The translations under genes and the position numbers were made by a program. Below the pieces are notes generated by a model. That model was not told the DNA's origin and made no database searches. It saw nothing but the letters and a program-made list of their open reading frames with translations. From contig NC_045727.1 of NCBI RefSeq assembly GCF_009834535.1, positions 6,820,001 to 6,884,000 on the forward strand: 64,000 nucleotides of DNA. The letters run 5' to 3'. This DNA is from Camelus ferus. Taxonomy: Eukaryota. Positions 61,843-64,000 of this stretch are shown here, piece after piece (positions within the stretch are counted from its first letter, which is position 1; each line of letters opens with the position of its first letter).

Positions 61843-61931
61843 GGGGAGGGTATAGCTCAGTGGTAGGGTATGTGCTTAGCATGTACAAGGTCCTGGGTTC
61901 AATCCCCAGAACCTTCATTTAAAAAAAAAAA
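61843..61931 (+). mobile_element. Camelid-type tRNA-derived SINE beside the exon 4 donor
   Basis: ggggagggtatagctcagtggtag...ggttcaatcccc, poly(A), and TSD atagagcctt (61831-61840, 61932-61941). Confidence 0.92.
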
Positions 61932-61943
61932 ATAGAGCCTTAC

Positions 61944-62015
61944 CTGCATTTCGTATCCTCTCTTTGTACTGCTGATCTAGTTTTTTCATCCTCTTCTGAT
62001 ATTCCTGTAATGTAC
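61944..62015 (-). CDS. SUDS3: SUDS3 exon 4 (72 nt): (G)[23 protein letters not shown](E), coiled coil
   Basis: atcag|GT ACA TTA CAG ... AAT GCA G|gtaagg. The peptide is visible in ORF 61915..62097. Confidence 0.97.
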
Positions 62016-62344
62016 CTGATTGAGATTTACAAAATAAAGAGTTACTTTGAAGATCAATCTGCTCTACATTTTGGTTCCTAAAATTATTTTCTAGCATCAG
62101 CAGTGACTGTTTCAGTCACAGAGTAAAACACAAACCATGGAAAGGTGCCTGTGAACAGAGCTAACCTGACTGTCAACCAAGGCACACAGCAGACATCACC
62201 CCAACCAGTGGATTAAGACTCTCTAGTAAGTGAGGAGGAGTAGAAAGGTGCAGATACCCACCAGACGTGCCCATCACTTGCTGCCACAGTTTCAGTCAGC
62301 GGGCCTCTCCTTCCTGGAAGCAGCTCACGGTCCCTCAGTAAGGT

Positions 62345-62543
62345 CTAGGTCAATGCCATTTAGTAGGACTCTGTGCAGCGATGGAAATGTTCTACATTGC
62401 CCTGTCCAACATGGTAGCCACTAGTCACACATGACCACTGAGCAGTTGAAAAGAGGCTAGTGCAAGTGAGGAACTGAATTATTAACTTTATTTAATTAAA
62501 CTTATATAGCCGCATGTGGCTAGTGAGAATACTGGACAGCTCA
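62345..62543. mobile_element. MER3 (hAT-Charlie)
   Basis: gatggaaatgttctac...tgtccaacatggtagccactag...gaggaactgaatt...gtggctagtg...ctggacagc. Confidence 0.85.
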
Positions 62544-63525
62544 GGTATAGATTACCAAATTTCTACTCGCTTCATTGCTCTTCCTCAAAGCCACTAGTTA
62601 TGGGGGTTCCAATTAGTGTGGGAAGTGTTTTCTATCAACATGCTTAAGCAGGAGGTATTAATGGCAACTTTTTAAAAACCCCTCAGTCAGGCCAGGTAGG
62701 CCTCACAGACTTGCTACAGTGAAACGAATTTCTTTCTCCCGCAGTACTTTCATTACCATGGAGAGAAAAAAAAAAAGATCTGTGATTGCAACACATGGGA
62801 ACATTTCTCACTATGAAGCAGAAATCAATATAAAATGGGCTGGTCCAAGCAATAAAAGTACCTCGTGGAAAAGCAGTTTCACTGCCGGGGACGCCACAAA
62901 ATGAGGCCAAAGAGCTAATGACAGCAGCAGCCGTCCCCAAGTTGTCACTGGGCGCCCGGGAGTGCGAGTCACCCCTCATGCGTAAACTCATCTGCTTTCA
63001 TTTTCTTCCACTTCACAGATCAGAAGACAAATTAAGCAAGAGACAGTGAGGTGCCCATGGTCAAATTTCTATAAAGTAGTGAGGGTAGGACTCGAACTCG
63101 TGGTGGGACTTGAGAGCCTGCGCTCTTAACCCCTGTGCTGACCCACCTCTAGCGGGAAGCAGCACGCGGCAAGATACAACCCACTTGTGGTTCATGAAGC
63201 AAAAAAGAGAAAACAGTGCGGATAACCCACAGCTCAGGAGCGTTCAGTTTAAAAAGAACTGTTTATAAATAAATAAATTATATTTATTCTTTGGTAACAG
63301 TATCTCTTCTGAAAATGGCTGGCTTTAGGCACAGTGGTTTTCGGTTCATGCTCCACAGAAACCCAAGCGAAATTTCGAAAAAGTAGGAAAACTGCCTCTT
63401 TACTGACTGCTAAAACCAGCCAGACCAAACTTTAAGTCACTCCCACTGAGAAGTGAAATACGTGGATTTCAAAGGTGGGCAGTATTAGGAAGTATACTTA
63501 GAGAAGGATTAAATCACACACCAAC

Positions 63526-63581
63526 CTTCCTGAAGCTGTTGCAACTGTCTCTTGAGAGAAGCCAGTTTATCCTGATACATC
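63526..63581 (-). CDS. SUDS3: SUDS3 coding exon (human exon 3 equivalent, 56 nt): (Q)MYQDKLASLKRQLQQLQE(G)
   Basis: Minus strand reads tttttacag|G ATG TAT CAG GAT AAA ... CAG GAA G|gttggt. The peptide matches SDS3 as I recall it, and the phase joins the next exon. Confidence 0.95.
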
Positions 63582-64000
63582 CTGTAAAAAAGGAAAGCCA
63601 CACTGAAAGGCAAAAACGTCCACCACCCAATCCAAAATAATCTACACAGAGGAATGAGCTGGGTTTTTATGGGAATGTCATTAACGTCCTCTAGGGAGGG
63701 AGGAAACTGAAGTCTGCTGCTGGTTTAAAATGGACCAGCAGCTAAAGGGTCAGAAAGGGACAAGGATTCTGTGCTCCTGAATCGTATCCCAGTGTTGTAG
63801 ACTCTCCTGTGCTCTCTCACCTTTAGAGAATCAATCTAAAATCTACAAATACGAAGATGTGTGGATTTTCATTAATAAATGAAAATGAGAAAGAGAGCTA
63901 GACAAGGACACACAAAGGAAAACTAAGTGTGATGTGATTTTCTTCTGGATTTAAAAGCACAGGTAACACACACACAAAAATGCAGAAAAAGAATGAATCA

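Noticed and set aside
61843-61915. tRNA genes at 7388-7575, 11788-11890, 17153-17288 and 61843-61931
   Set aside because: The tRNA-like heads are followed by A-rich tails and TSDs and lack a complete cloverleaf, so they are SINEs.
63141-63156. Additional CTCF-like motifs (63141-63156, 52835-52850, 60531-60545)
   Set aside because: Each has two or more mismatches or a spacing error in the core, which is too weak without ChIP data.

Overview
Mammalian genomic DNA, most likely a camelid (alpaca/llama/camel type). This is inferred from four copies of a tRNA-derived SINE (GGGGAGGGTATAGCTCAGTGG...) and an L1 3' end of the style I associate with Tylopoda. The right part (about 36.86-64 kb) holds the 3' portion of SUDS3 (SDS3, Sin3A-HDAC corepressor subunit) on the minus strand. 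It comprises ten coding exons (equivalent to human exons 3-12, 775 coding nt, spliced by hand into one open frame ending ...[10 protein letters not shown]) and a 3' UTR of about 3.3 kb with a well-formed distal poly(A) signal. Exons 1-2 lie beyond the window end; exon numbering follows my recollection of the human gene. The most notable gene feature is intron 7 (50648-51614), a minor-spliceosome U12-type AT-AC intron with a non-consensus donor (ATATCCAT). It interrupts the gene at the start of the Sin3-interaction region and has no visible frame-preserving U2 bypass. The left part (1-36.8 kb) is intergenic and rich in transposon remnants (MIR, L2, L1, MLT/ERV LTRs, MER DNA transposons). It also contains an unexplained 200-bp CpG-rich, poly(A)-tailed insertion with an apparent target-site duplication, an 11-unit 43-bp minisatellite amplified out of an old L1 3' UTR, and a consensus CTCF site. 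Eight N blocks (128-193 nt) interrupt the sequence. Repeat family names come from recalled consensus motifs, not database searches, and many repeat boundaries are approximate.
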